A stretch of DNA of 64,000 nucleotides from Octopus sinensis (taxonomy: Eukaryota): contig NC_042998.1 of NCBI RefSeq assembly GCF_006345805.1, forward strand, positions 113,832,001 to 113,896,000, read 5' to 3'. Below are positions 51,251-63,935 of this stretch, piece by piece. Position numbers and translations under genes: made by a program. The notes under the pieces are model-generated. The model had not been told where the DNA came from. It searched no databases and saw only the letters and a list, made by a program, of their open reading frames with translations. Every line of letters starts with the position of its first letter. The first letter of the stretch is position 1.

Positions 51251-52367
51251 TTGAAAGACCGGAAGGGAATGGGTGAAGAAAAAGTTCTTTCAAAGACAGG
51301 GGAGTGCAAGAGGAGGTGTGTGTGTAAGTGTGGATATGTGCGTGAGCGCAGGTCTGCGTATGCGTGTGTGTGTATGTGCAATGATAACACGTGTGTGTGT
51401 GTGTGGTTGTGGCTGTTAATCTACGTGTGTGGTAGGGCTTAGTATTGTTTAAGGTCAAGGAAGAATGAATTAGGAGTGGCTCCCATGTGGAAGAACGGTC
51501 AGTGAAAGGTACTGGTAGTTTGAAGTATGTGTGTGTGTGCGTGTATGTATATGTATTGTGTGTGTGTTTTGTTTGTAGTGTGTGTGTGTGTGTATGTATG
51601 TGTGTGTTCGTGTGTGTATGTGTAGTGTTTGTGTGTGTGGCGAATAACTGTGCTTTACTTTGTGTATGTGTGTGTGCTCGTATGTGCGTATGAGTGTATA
51701 CATGTATGTATAATTGTGTGCGTGTATGTATAAGTGTGTGCGGTGTATATGGGATGTATATATATATATATAAATATATATACAAACATACATATACACA
51801 CTTACACACATATATATATATACACACATATATATATATATAGAGAGAGAGAGAGACACACATACACACACACATACACACACACACATACACACACATA
51901 CACACACACACACACACTCATATATATATATATATAATATATATAATATATATATATATATAAGAAAGAAAAGAAATGTAACAGTCACAGAAAGTTTGTA
52001 TAAAATAATTTATGGTGATATTAGGATCATATTACATCATTACATCATTACAAGTTAAATAAGTACCGGTTTCACGGTCAACGATTGTCAACTTATATAG
52101 AGAAAACTTTTTGTTGTCAGTAGGACGCCATCTTTGAAATAAGTAAATAGAGATGAAGCAATATGGCAAGGGGAGTAACTCTTATTTTTTCACGAAGCTC
52201 TTCAGTGTTTTGGCAAGCATGCAGTTACAGGAGTTATTTCATTTTATACACAGTTAATTATATTACCGTACTTGGTTTAAAGATTAAACAGTAATGTGTG
52301 AATGAGTGTATATGCATATATTTTATGCTCTAACATCTTATTTACTCTCTTGTAAAATATATATATG

Positions 52368-52407
<40 letters not shown>

Positions 52408-52589
52408 TGTACACGCACACATAAGTATACACAGCAATTTGTACCTAAAAATTGTGGTTGGCATACATATATAACTTTTTTGTATACGTTGAAATTCCAT
52501 AATTGAATAAAATAAATCAGTCCTATGGAAAATGAAAATGAACGATGAAGCAATTGCCAAGGTATGAATACTTTCTCCATAAGAGTCAC

Positions 52590-54120
52590 GTCGGACCTCT
52601 CATGACTCAGGTTTGAATATGAATGGGTGTTCAGGAGTCAAGTAATTAAATAACAATTAGTAATGCAATTAAAATGAATTGGTGTTTAGTTCAAGTTTGT
52701 ATTTTTGGATGAAATATGTCTCTATATTGAGTCGGGCTTGTGTAGAAGTCCAGTCAGCAAATTTATATAGAGTGAAAATAGTGAATTTAGGTTGTATTTG
52801 TTTCGTACATACGTCAATCTGTTCACTGAGATAAAATTGGTGGTATTGTGGTGAGGCTATCTGTTGACGATGCACTGTACAACGTTGACGGATAGAATTC
52901 CTCGTGCTACCGATATAGTCTTTCTGGCATCTGATTACGTAGATCATATTTTCGGATGCACAAGTGAAATTTGATTTAATTGTTTAGTATTGCCCTTGTT
53001 TAAAATAGTATTCTACCCTTCCAAAAGTTTGAGGCACGTACCACAGTTGGGGCGATAACATTTTTTTTTTTTACTTTGGGGCTTGTTGTGGAGGGAAATA
53101 ATTTTGCATTAGTTAGCAGTTTCTTTAAAGATTTAGGCTGTTTGTTGCTTTTGACAATTGTAATGTCACGTAAAATTCTTTTTAGTTTTGGGTCCTTGTG
53201 TAGTATTGGTAGGTCTTGTATGATTGTGCTGAATGCTTCTTTGTTTCTGAGGTTGTATGTGGAAATGTAAGGTAGTGTTTTAAGGAGAGGTTTGTTAATG
53301 TCTTTGGTTTTTCTTAATATCTCGGTGTTGATAAATTTGGTACGTTTTATTCCGTCATTAATGAGTTGGATTGGGTAGAGTGTCTATCCAGGAGGACGTC
53401 TTTCAGTTCTTATAGTCTTACATCTCTAGTTTTTTCTCTGAGACAAGATATTCTTCTTGCAAGGTTGAAGGGGATGTTTGTTTTTGTGTGTCTAGGTTGC
53501 AAGAGCTAAAGAGAATGTATTGTTTTGTATCTGTTGTTTTATAAAATATGTTTGTTTCGATTTTGTTGTTTGTTTTTTTTTAATTAGAATGTCTAGGAAT
53601 GGAAGTGCTTCTGGTTGTATTCCATTGTGAATTGAATGCTTGTGTGGATGCTGTTCAGAAGTGTTTTAAATTCTAGGAGTTTGTCTAAGTTGTTATTCCA
53701 GATTATGAAACAGTCATCCAGGTAAAAACTTCCAATTCTCTTTAATGTATTGGGCGAGAGGGTTTCCAAATTTTCGCAGTGAATTCTCTAAGAATCCCTT
53801 TGTGAGGTTAGCAATGGTAGGGGCTACTTTCGTGCCCATCGCAATTCCCGAATATTTGGCGGTAGCAGTTGGTATCCAAAAGGAAATTATTATTCTGGAG
53901 AATGAATTTGATTGATTCAATAATGAAGGTTTTGTTTATTCGTTCTGGTATTTCCTCTGGATGTAGTTCTTGTCAGAATCGAACCGCTTCCTTTCCATAG
54001 CCATGTGTAATGTTGGAGTATAGGCTTATAACATTGAAGGAGACCTTGAGGGATTCTTCCCCGACCTGTTCTGGGATATGGTTCAGCATGTCTAAACTAT
54101 CTCTGATGTAGCTTCTAATA
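52590..54120 (-). mobile_element. Penelope-like retroelement (RT + GIY-YIG), degenerate
   Basis: RT motifs SYIRDSLDML, VSFNVISLYSNI and GIAMGTKVAPTIANL; linker CYRPNCGTC (53034-53060); endonuclease FTCASENMIYVIRCQKDYIGSTRNSIRQRCTVHRQQI...RLNIETYFIQKY...LN. Confidence 0.9.
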
Positions 54121-54124
54121 TATA

Positions 54125-54275
54125 TACGAGGAAGGCTTCTTTCACTCTCGTCTACCAAATCCATTCATGAAGTTTAGAAGACACTTGCTCAAGATACCGC
54201 GCAGTGGGACTGGATTCGGAACTACGTGATTCGGAAGCAAACTTTTTACCATGCATCCACACCTGTGTATGTAAG
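54125..54275 (-). mobile_element. SINE family D 5' portion
   Basis: CGTCTACCAAATCC...GAAGACACTTGCTCAAG...GGGACTGGATTCGGAAC...GGAAGCAAAC. Confidence 0.7.
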
Positions 54276-55349
54276 GGTGTATGTGTGCGTGTGATGTATG
54301 TGTGTGTATGTGTGTGCGCGCGCGCGCATGTGTGCGTGTGTGTGTATTTCACTAGTAGAAAGACCAACGGGTAAATAGAAGTAAATTGTCCATATTCATA
54401 TTCATTCTGTTGAAAAAACACAAAGTAGCGGTGGCGGCGGCAACAACAACAACAACATATAACATACCGATAATAAATAAATATATGCAAATATTGTTAA
54501 ACTAATTGGAGAAAGTAATTGCTGAAAGTAATCTATCATGTTTGAAAACGAAACTGACATCAGATAATAAAAGAAAACAGGGAACAAATTTCCAATTTGC
54601 GTACGACATAGTAAATTACTTTTATTACATGTTTTCTCTACAACACCAGGTTGTTGTTCAATGTTGTTTAACCTGGGGGGGTCATCTATGATTAAAAAGA
54701 CGTACGAGCGAAGAATTCCAGACTTGACCATCCTGTTGTGTTTTCGGGTATAGTGTGCCGAGGACTGCTTTATCTTAAGAGTTATTTTCCCCCCTGCCCT
54801 TTTGTAACAGGTACAACAGGAAAAACACTACGAACCGAAAAAGTTACGTGGGCGTTGATATTTTTTGTATATCTCTAGGTATTGAGTTCAAATCTTGCGA
54901 AGGTTAACTTTCGCTTTCGTTATTTCATGCTTAATAACTAAACAGTGAAGTCCGACGATCGATTATGCTTTCTTTTCTCCTTTTCTCCTCTCTCAGATCT
55001 GGCTATAGCCAGTAAAATGTTATACATGTAATTATATACATACATACTAATACATCTGTTTGTTGTCTACACCATCTGTGTTCGTCTTTTGTTTTTTTTT
55101 GTGAATTCTTAACAAACATACATACATACATACATGTATGCATACATGTATGCATACATACATACATACATACATGTATGCATACATGTATGCATACATA
55201 CATACATACATACATACATACAAACATAACACACACACACATGCACACACATACACACGCGCGCACACATACACGCGCGCGCACACATACACGCGCGCGC
55301 ACACACACACACACATACAACACATATGTTTAATAACTAGACATTTTAA

Positions 55350-55762
55350 GGCGGCGAGCTGGCAGAAACGTTAGTACGCCGGACGAAATGCTTAGCGGTT
55401 TTTCGTCTGCCGTTACGTTCTGAGTTCAAATTCCGCCGAGGTCGACTTTGCCTTCCATCCTTTCAGGGTCGATTAAATAAGTACTAGTTACGCACTGGGG
55501 TCGATGTAATCGACTTAATCCGTTTGTCTGTCCTTGTTTGCCCTCTCTGTGTTTAGCCTCTTGTGGGTAGTAAAGAAATAGGTATTTCGTCTGCCGTTAC
55601 GTTCTGAGTTCAAATTCCGCCGAGGTCGACTTTGTCTTTCATGCTTTCGGGGTCGATTAAATAAGTAGCAGCTACGCGCTGGGGTCGATGTAATCGGCTT
55701 AATCCTTTCTCCGTCCTTGTTTGTCCCCTCTATGTTTAGCCCCCTGTGGGCAATAAAGAAAT
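55350..55762 (+). mobile_element. SINE family C nested dimer (two tail-1 units)
   Basis: Full head, tail-1, junction GAAATAGGTATTTC at 55575-55588, second unit with tail-1. Confidence 0.92.
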
Positions 55763-55862
55763 GAATTACTAAACAGTGAAGTACTACTATATACATACAT
55801 ACATGCATATATATAAGATAATACACATTTCCGCGCTTTTAATAAAATACAATATTTTTTTC

Positions 55863-56093
55863 ACAGTTCTATATTTGAGAGATGAGGAACTATGTACATT
55901 ATTTACATTTGACGGATATTTGTCCTCATCTTCTTTGTTCTTAACACAATGTTTCGGCTGATATACCCTCCAGCCTTCATCAGGTGTCTTGGGGAAATTT
56001 CGAACCTGAGTTCACATTCCTAAGGTACTTTTCGATGTTATTATTATTCGAACTCGGAATCTTAGGGTTAGTAGCCCGCGCTCTTAACCACTA
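55863..56093 (-). mobile_element. tRNA-headed hammerhead element (family 1), copy 2
   Basis: Minus strand TAGTGGTTAAGAGCGCGGGCTACTAACCCTAAGATTCCGAGTTCGAATAATAA...GACACCTGATGAAGGCTG...CAGCCGAAACATTGTGTT...ATATAGAACTGT. Confidence 0.82.
55943..55988 (-). ncRNA. Minimal hammerhead motif (G16.2 changed to A)
   Basis: GACAC-CTGATGA-A-GGCTG-GAGGGTATAT-CAGCC-GAAA-C-ATT-GTGTT. Confidence 0.7.
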
Positions 56094-56220
56094 TGAGAAC
56101 TCAGGTTCGAAATTTCCCCAGGACACCTGGTGAAGACTGGAGGGTATATCAGCCGAAACGTTGTGTTAAGAACAAACAAGATGAGTACAAATATCCGTCA
56201 AATGTAAATAATGTAAATAT
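56094..56220 (+). mobile_element. Inverted 3' half of the family-1 element
   Basis: TGAGAACTCAGGTTCGAAATTTCCCC...TCAAATGTAAATAATG; head-to-head with 55863-56093. Confidence 0.85.
56122..56167 (+). ncRNA. Minimal hammerhead motif (CTGGTGA core variant)
   Basis: GACAC-CTGGTGA-A-GACTG-GAGGGTATAT-CAGCC-GAAA-C-GTT-GTGTT. Confidence 0.68.
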
Positions 56221-56719
56221 TTGTTTGTTTACATTTATACACATGCTCATGCGCGCAAACATACACATATCGTTTAGAATTCCTCTACATGTTCATGATA
56301 ATGATGGCCATGATGGTGATGTTGATCATTATGATGGTCATTATGAAAATGTTGATGAAAATCATGATGATGATAATGATAGAGGTGGTCGAGTGTTGAA
56401 TAGATACAGGCGAAAAAGAACTGTGTTACAATTGTTATATATCTGTTGATCTGATTGCCTGTGTACCAAATCCAACGATTCAGCGCCTGCGTTATCTATT
56501 GGCCTACTAGAAAACATACCCCAGACATCTCGTTGTCTTGTAAAGGACTAATTGCATAATGTTGAAGCGTTGGTAGGTTTAACCAGGTCCAACTTTCGAT
56601 TAAACAAGAACTATTGCTTAGCCTGTAAATAATAACCGTCTCATCTTCTTGAAATCATGGCTTTTATGTTTATTTAATTCCTTCTGTTTGTTATGTTAAA
56701 TTAATCCTATGTAAATAGT

Positions 56720-59700
56720 CGGATGGTATTTGTGTCAGGTCTCCGCTTGGAGCTACTGGTAACATGTAACCCAGTACAACCTGTTACATGGTCGGGTCGT
56801 TGGCGACTAAACTGGCAACCCCACCAAGATTTCTTGGTGAGGAGGGTGATTGGACACCCAGCAGGACTAAAAACAAAACCTGTCAAAGGGCAGAGGAACT
56901 CTCTCATGAGTCAATGGCCATCCAAAATCCGGAGTGGAGCCCCTAAGGCGGTTGGATTGCGTCATGCGTGCCACCTTCCGGCAGCTCCTGCATCTTGGTC
57001 TACCCCCAGTCGTCTTGACTTTGTCTTGCCACTGGATCCGGCGCACACCAGGACGAGAGAGTGAGGCTGATCCTGCGCAAGTCACCCTCACTATAATCCA
57101 AGTCACGCGCATGTCACGACATCATGACGCCATGACACCATCCCAAAGTCCTGTGGCGATGGGGAAACGGCGAAGTAGCAGGTGAGGATACACTGGGAGC
57201 TGCAGTCGTGAACCCACAACAGGCGGCTCAGGACATGTGGTCGCCCCTCACTGAACTGAGGCAGCAGTGGAGTCCGGCAGCCTCCTGAGTGACCGAGCAG
57301 CCCTCTTCAGGATCGCTCTGCTCGCCTCCCAGCATGAGGACGGGGCTAGAAAAGGTTGCCCTAAACATAGCCTGCCTCACCTCACCCTGGTCAGCAAACC
57401 GCGGCTGGCGGGGATCCTTTCCAAGCGGTCGAAACAAAGAAAGAAGAAAACAAACAAAGGTGCTCACTTTCGCACTTGGAACGTGAGAACTCTGCTTGAT
57501 AACACCAAAGCGGACAGACCAGAGACGACTAACTGCCCTGGTGGCCAGAAACTGAGCCGATACAGTGTCGATATTGCAGCACTGAGCGAGACCCGCCTTG
57601 CGGACAAAGGCCAGCTGACAGAGACAGGCGGCGGCTACACTTTCTTTTGGAGTGGTCGCAGCAGCGAAGAGCGTCGTGAGGCTGGTGTTGGTTTTGCCAT
57701 TAAGTCAGTACACGTGCGGAAACTGGAAAGCCCCCCCGAGGGTATCAACGATCGGCTGATGAAAATGCAGCTCCACTTGGAAACAAGACTAGTGCGACCA
57801 TCATCAGTGCTTACGCCCCCACCATGACCAACCCTGAAGAAGTTAGGACAGGTTCTATGAGGAACTCGACTCCCTCATCACGTCAGCCCAGCCTGGGAAG
57901 CTCATCCTCCTTGGGGATTTTAACGCCCGTGTCGGGACTGACCACCAAGCCTGGCATCGCGTACTGGGAAAGCAAGGAATCGGAAGTGCAACAGCAACGG
58001 ACAGCTCCTCCTGCGTGCGTGTGCCTCTCATGATCTTACCATCGCCAACACCTTGTTCCGTCTGCCAACACGCAACAAGACATCATGGATGCATCCACGC
58101 TCCAAACACTGGCATCTGATAGATTACGTCATCGTCAGGGCGAAAGACAGGCGGGACGTGAGACTGGTCAAAGCCATGTGCGGAGCTGACTGCTGGACGG
58201 ACCATCGCCTCATCATCTCCAGGATGGATTTCTACATCCGACCTAAGAGAAGACCACAGGGTCAGAAAGTGACGAGGAAGCTTAACATCACGAAATTAAG
58301 GAACCAGCTGACTGCACAAGATCTCCAGTCACGTATGGACAGTAAGCTGTTGGACATTCGGAGTGACCAGTCCAGCATCGATGAGCAGTGGGATCATTCA
58401 GGGACACGGTTCATTCCATCGCCCTTGAAACTCTGGGCCAAATTACGAGGAACCACCAGGACTGGTTCGACGAAAACGACCAGGAAATCCAAAAGCTCCT
58501 GAAGAGAAACGCCGTCTGCGCGGGCTCACCAAAATGACACCACCTGCACGGCAAAGAAGGCCGCTTTCAACAACATTCGCAGCACAGTCCAGGCTAAACT
58601 CCGCCTCATGCAAGATGCATGGTTAAGCGCCAAGGCGGATGAGATTCAGGGATACGCAGACAACACGACACCAAGAAATTCTACGAGGCGCTGAAAGCTG
58701 TCTATGGACCGCAGTTCTCCTTTGGATCAACCCCCCTGCTCAGCTCAGATGGAACCTCACTCCTGACTAACAAGAGGCTGATCCTGGAGAGATGGGCGGA
58801 GCACTTCAACATCGTGCTCATCAACCACCAGCCCAGATCAACGAGGAAGCCATCGCACGACTCCCCCAGGTGCCGACAAACCACGAGTTGGCTGTTCCCC
58901 CTCTGCAGTCGGGGAAGTGAGCAGAGCCATCAAAAAATGTCCACCGGCAAAGCTCCATGCTCTGACGCCATCCCTGCAGAGGTGTTCAAGTCGGGAGGCC
59001 CCACCATGATCAGTCAGCTCACCAGCCTGTTCCAGTCGATGTGGGACAGGGAACAACTCCCTCAAGATTTCCGGGATGCAACAATCGTCCACATTTATAA
59101 GCGGAAAGGAGATCGGCAGTCCTGCGACAACCACCGAGGTATTTCCCTCTTGTCCATAGCAGGCAAGATCCTGGCCCGGGTCCTGCTTGACCGCCTTCTG
59201 GAACACTTGGAGCAAGGCCTTCTCCCTGAGAGCCAGTGTGGCTTCCGTGCGGGTCGAGGGACCACTGACATGATATTCGCCGCCCGCCAGCTCCAGGAGA
59301 AATGCATGGAGCAGCACCTTGACCTCTGCATGACCTTTGTTGACCTCACCAAGGCCTTTGATACAGTCAGTCGGGAGGGACTATGGAAGGTCATGGGAAA
59401 TTTGGTTGCCCCAGCAAATTTATTGCAATTGTCCGCCAGTTCCACGACGGAATGACAGCCAGAATCCTTGAGGACGGCGACTCATCTGAAGCCTTCCAGG
59501 TGACCAACGGAGTCAGGCAGGGCTGTGTCCTGGCCCCAACACTGTTCAGCATCATGTTCTCGGCAATGATGTCCGACGCCTTTAGGGACTGCAAGTCCGG
59601 TATCAACATCAAGTACAGGACAGACGGGAACTTTTCAACTCCAGGAGATTGCAGGCTGTCACAAAGGTGAGGGAGACAGTCGTCAGAGACTTTCTCTTTG

Positions 59701-60697
59701 CTGACGACTGCGCCCTTAATGCAATCGATGAGCAGGAGATGCAGCTCGAGATGGACAGGTTCTCATCAGCCTGTGACAACTTCGGTCTCACCATCAGTGC
59801 AAAGAAAACCGAAGTGATTTTCAGCCAGCCCCCGGCAAACAATACCATGAGCCTCAGATAAGGGTGAACGGACGGATCTTACGAGTGGTGGAAAACTTCA
59901 CCTACCTGGGCAGCACTCTCTCCTGCAATGCCAACATAGATGCTGAAACCATCAACAGAATCTCCAAGGCAAGCAGCGCGTTTGGGAGACTGCGAAAGAA
60001 AGTCTGGGAGCGGAGAGGAATCAGCCTCAACACCAAGCTGAAAGTCTACCGGGCAGTCGTGCTTACCACTCTACTATACGGCTGCGAGACGTGGACTGCT
60101 TACCGAAGGCACGAGCGCCAGATAAACCACTTCCATCTCAGGTGTCTCGGAATCTCCTTCACATCCGCTGGCAGGACAAAGTCCCAGACACGGAAGTTCT
60201 GAAGCAGGCAGATCTCCCTAGCACCATCACAATCATGCGCAGGCCCAGCTGAGATGGGCGGGCCACGTCTCCCGCATGTCCGACACTCGCATCCCAAAAC
60301 AGCTCTTCTACGGTGAACTCGGCCAGGGCAGGCGCAAAGTCGGAGGGCAGAAAAAGCGCTACAAGGATAGTCTCAAGGTCTCTCTCAAAGACTTCTCTCC
60401 ATCGGAACAGAGACCTGGGAGACACTTGCTGCCAACCGCTCATCCTGGCGCAGCGCAATCACCGTGGGAGCAGGGACAAAGCCGAGGAGGGACGGATTCG
60501 GTCAGCGGAGCAGAAACGTCAGATGCGTAAAGTCAGAGCCGCCTGCACCAGTAGCACTGCCCCTACCCACTTCTCTGCCCCACCTGTGGGAGGGCTTCCT
60601 TGCCCGGATTGGCCTCACCAGCCACCTCCGGTCTCATGGCGGCAGTTCCATCAGATGATGTCAGTTGGTCATCTTCGAACCGAAGGACGAACATTAT
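56720..60697 (+). mobile_element. Near full-length RTE-clade LINE (APE + RT + C-terminal CCHH), frameshifted
   Basis: ORF begins about 57334; [134 protein letters not shown]...SHLRSH; 3' end GGTCATCTTCGAACCGAAGGACGAAC. The 5' boundary is approximate. Confidence 0.96.
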
Positions 60698-61663
60698 TTA
60701 TGCACACAACACAGACACAAATACACACACACACACACGCGCGCGCACACATACACACGCACTTACACCTTGGTACATAGGAAGATAGATACATAGATAA
60801 TTACTTGCTTAGCTTTTGAGAGCGAAAATGAAAGGTGGTCATTGATTTAAAATGTACCATCATAATACAGGAAGAATATATCGGAAAAAATATCGTTCTA
60901 GATGCACTCTTAGGGAACTAACTGGCGAAATCGTTAGAACGTCTGATGGAATATTTCTTAGTATTTCTTCTTAGTCTGTTCTGAGTTCAAATCCTACCGC
61001 GGTTAAATTTTAGAATCAATATAGAAGTAAGAATTCAGTGGTGGCGGATGTACGGAACTGTAAGAACACTAGACCGAATGCTTTGAGGTTTTTGGTCCGG
61101 CTCTTTGCATTCTGAGTCCAGATCTCTTGCTCTCTACTTGGGTGAAGATTTAATCATTTGTCCAATTTCATACTCGTTCCAAATTTTGGCACAAGGCCAG
61201 TAATTTCGGCTTATTTATTTTATCGAGCCCGAAAGGATGAAAGGCAATGTAAACCTCAGAAGAATTTGGACTCAGAACGTAAGAATAGACACATCCAGTT
61301 TAATATTACTACCAGGCACCCTGAGTAAGTAGCTTTAGCAGAGTTCATTGGGGCCCGCTTTCTGGTTTAAATATGCCGTAAAAAGAGCATGTAAAGATAT
61401 TGTAAAAGGGGCATGACTCTGGCTTCCTCTCCACCACCAAAAGTTCCCTGAAAATGAGAGGTTGGCTACATCTGGAACGCCTTTGATCACTGTTCCGCCC
61501 AATCAGGACCGACATAGTGATTAAATAATAACAACAACAGTATTTAATTTACTGTAAATTACTTCAGATCATTGCAACTATTTTTATTCACCACATTAAT
61601 CTACCATCCTGGTTTTAAATAAGTGGTTACTTTTTATTCCCGCTTTCAAAAACGAGGCCAGAA

Positions 61664-61666
<3 letters not shown>

Positions 61667-61745
<79 letters not shown>
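61667..61745. repeat. (TCTA)n microsatellite
   Basis: Direct reading of the sequence. Confidence 0.97.
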
Positions 61746-61747
<2 letters not shown>

Positions 61748-62348
61748 CATGTAAGTGAGTGTGTATTCCATGTGCTTAAATGCAATTTAACTACTTAAAT
61801 AGGATTAATCTAGCATAACAAATAGAAGGGAATTAAATAAACATAAAAGATGTAATTCTCATATAAAACAAATTGCCGTAGCTTCTATTGTCATACTGCT
61901 GCGGTGAAGCCACTATATTTCTCATCCACGCTAGCCTTTCTATCGATCTGTTCCTTTAACCGGGGACTGCGGCGAACATTACATGGTTCGCTGGTTCATT
62001 GTTTTCAATATGGTGGACAAGGCCTTGCAGGCATGTGAACAATTATTCAGAATCCATTGTTTTGTTTTCCATGTATAGTATCCTTCTTTTAGTTTGGTAT
62101 TCACCATCTCCCATTTTCGCTTATTTATTTATTTGTTTATTTATTTATTCACTTTCCTCTTACTATTTCTCTTCCTCTCTCTCTAGATACATACCTACCT
62201 GCAAAGACATCGAAAACGGCTGAGAGACTGAGAAATCGTCGTAAGATTGTGTTTATTATCGAAACGATAAACATAATCTCACTAGTTTTGGTTATAAAAG
62301 AAATCGAAATCATAAACTATATTTTTCTCAAACTATATTTTTCTTAAA

Positions 62349-62578
62349 GGCGGCGAGCTGGCAGAAACGTTAGCATGTCGGGCGAAATGCTTTGCCGTAT
62401 TTCATCTATCGTTACGTTCCGAGTTCAAATTCCGCCGAGGTCGACTTTGCCTTTCGTCCTTTCGGGGTCGATAAATTAAGTACCAGTTACGCACTGGGTT
62501 CGATGTAATCGACTTAATCCCTTTGCCTGTCCTTGTTTGTCCCCTCTGTGTTTAGCCCTTTGTGGGTAGTAAAGCAAT
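62349..62578 (+). mobile_element. SINE family C, tail-1 monomer
   Basis: Full head, body and tail-1; flanked by TATATTTTTCT(C/T)AAA-like direct repeats. Confidence 0.9.
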
Positions 62579-63804
62579 ATATATTTTTCTCAAAATTATG
62601 AATTCAATAATTACTAATTTCAATGGCTTGAAATGAAATAAGATTCGTTGGTCGGATATATGAACACAATAAAAGTATTAAGAACTACATTATTTCATCA
62701 CTTACGAGAAGCGACATTTGGTAAACGTAAAAATGTGGTTGATTATAATTTACAAAAGAGAGAAAAGTACAATAATAACAATAAGCGATCATAACACTAA
62801 ACTACACAAGTCGATATTGAGTGTAACAGAAGACCAGAGTCCGATTGGTTATATGTGGCTTCGTCTAGCCGCCTTTGCTAATAACTGCATTATGGATTAT
62901 GGGAGCTCAGGATATAAACCATTGAAATGTGTTCTTAACCAAATGATTCGAGGAAAGATTATTTAATTTTTGAAGCACATGCTACGAAACATACTGCTTG
63001 AGTTGTATTGGCAGGGATCAACTGTATGGGGAGGTTTGGGTTAGTATTTATAGCAAAGTAATGAATCCTCTTTTTCGAAAGTATACGCATTTTACAGTCT
63101 CTTTCTACAACTGTTAAAGAGTATCTCGAAGATACTAAAGACATAAAGTCAAAATAATAAAATGTCTCTATGGACCTAGAACACTATAATTCATGTTGCG
63201 ATAATTGTCAGATATACATAAATAGCTACACTGCTCACACACACAAAAAAAAACTGAAAATGAAAATAGATATATATGATGATAGTAAATATAGAACACG
63301 CGTATATAAATCGATGCACTTGCAACAGAAATATGTGAGATTATGAGTAGCTGAAAGAATTTCAATCAAAATTAATAAGCAGTCTCTTAGAGATAAGAAA
63401 AAGTCATTAAAAATTACAGGTGTTCCCACTGACCAAGAAATGAGTTTATTTTGGAGAAAAAAGCTAAAATAGTGAAAGTGCAATAAATCTAGAAGAATTG
63501 CTCCGCAGTAGACCAAAACTATACAATATGAATGGGAATATCATTGACATTAATAAAATGAAATTTCGAGAAAGGAAAGTACAAGGAAGAGAATTGGTTG
63601 TCGAACACTGATACAAAAAAAATAATCAAAAAGCAAAAAACAAAAACAAAAAAGTCCCCTCATCAGTCTTCACCAACAAGCTCTCAGTGACGTTATAAAG
63701 TACTAAGTGGTTGGTATTGACAGAATTGATGTCTAAAAGCAAAGCCATCTGCATAGAGAATTGAATGACGCAACTGCATGCCAGAACTAAATGTATGGAA
63801 TATA

Positions 63805-63935
63805 GGCGCAGGCGTGGCTCCGTGGTAAGAAGCTTACTTCCCAACCAGTTCCGCTGCGTGGCACCTTGGGTAAGTGTCTTCTATAGTCTCGGGTCGACCA
63901 AGTGGATTTGGCAGACGGAAAGAAGCCCGTCGTAA
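63805..63935 (+). mobile_element. SINE family D 5' portion
   Basis: GGCGCAGGCGTGGCTCCGTGGTAAGAAGC...GGCACCTTGGGTAAGTGTCTTC...GTGGATTTGGCAGACGG. Confidence 0.78.

Noticed and set aside
53973-54164. ORF start MDLVDESERSLPR taken as the Penelope N-terminus
   Set aside because: Those residues derive from the adjacent SINE D fragment; the Penelope element is 5'-truncated at about 54120.
56707-57185. ORFs in the RTE 5' region as a separate ORF1 or gene
   Set aside because: RTE elements normally have one main ORF; these frames have no recognisable motif and reflect the GC-rich UTR.
61860-62030. GC-richer unique segment as a possible exon
   Set aside because: Stops in the plausible frames and no recognisable motif; insufficient evidence.
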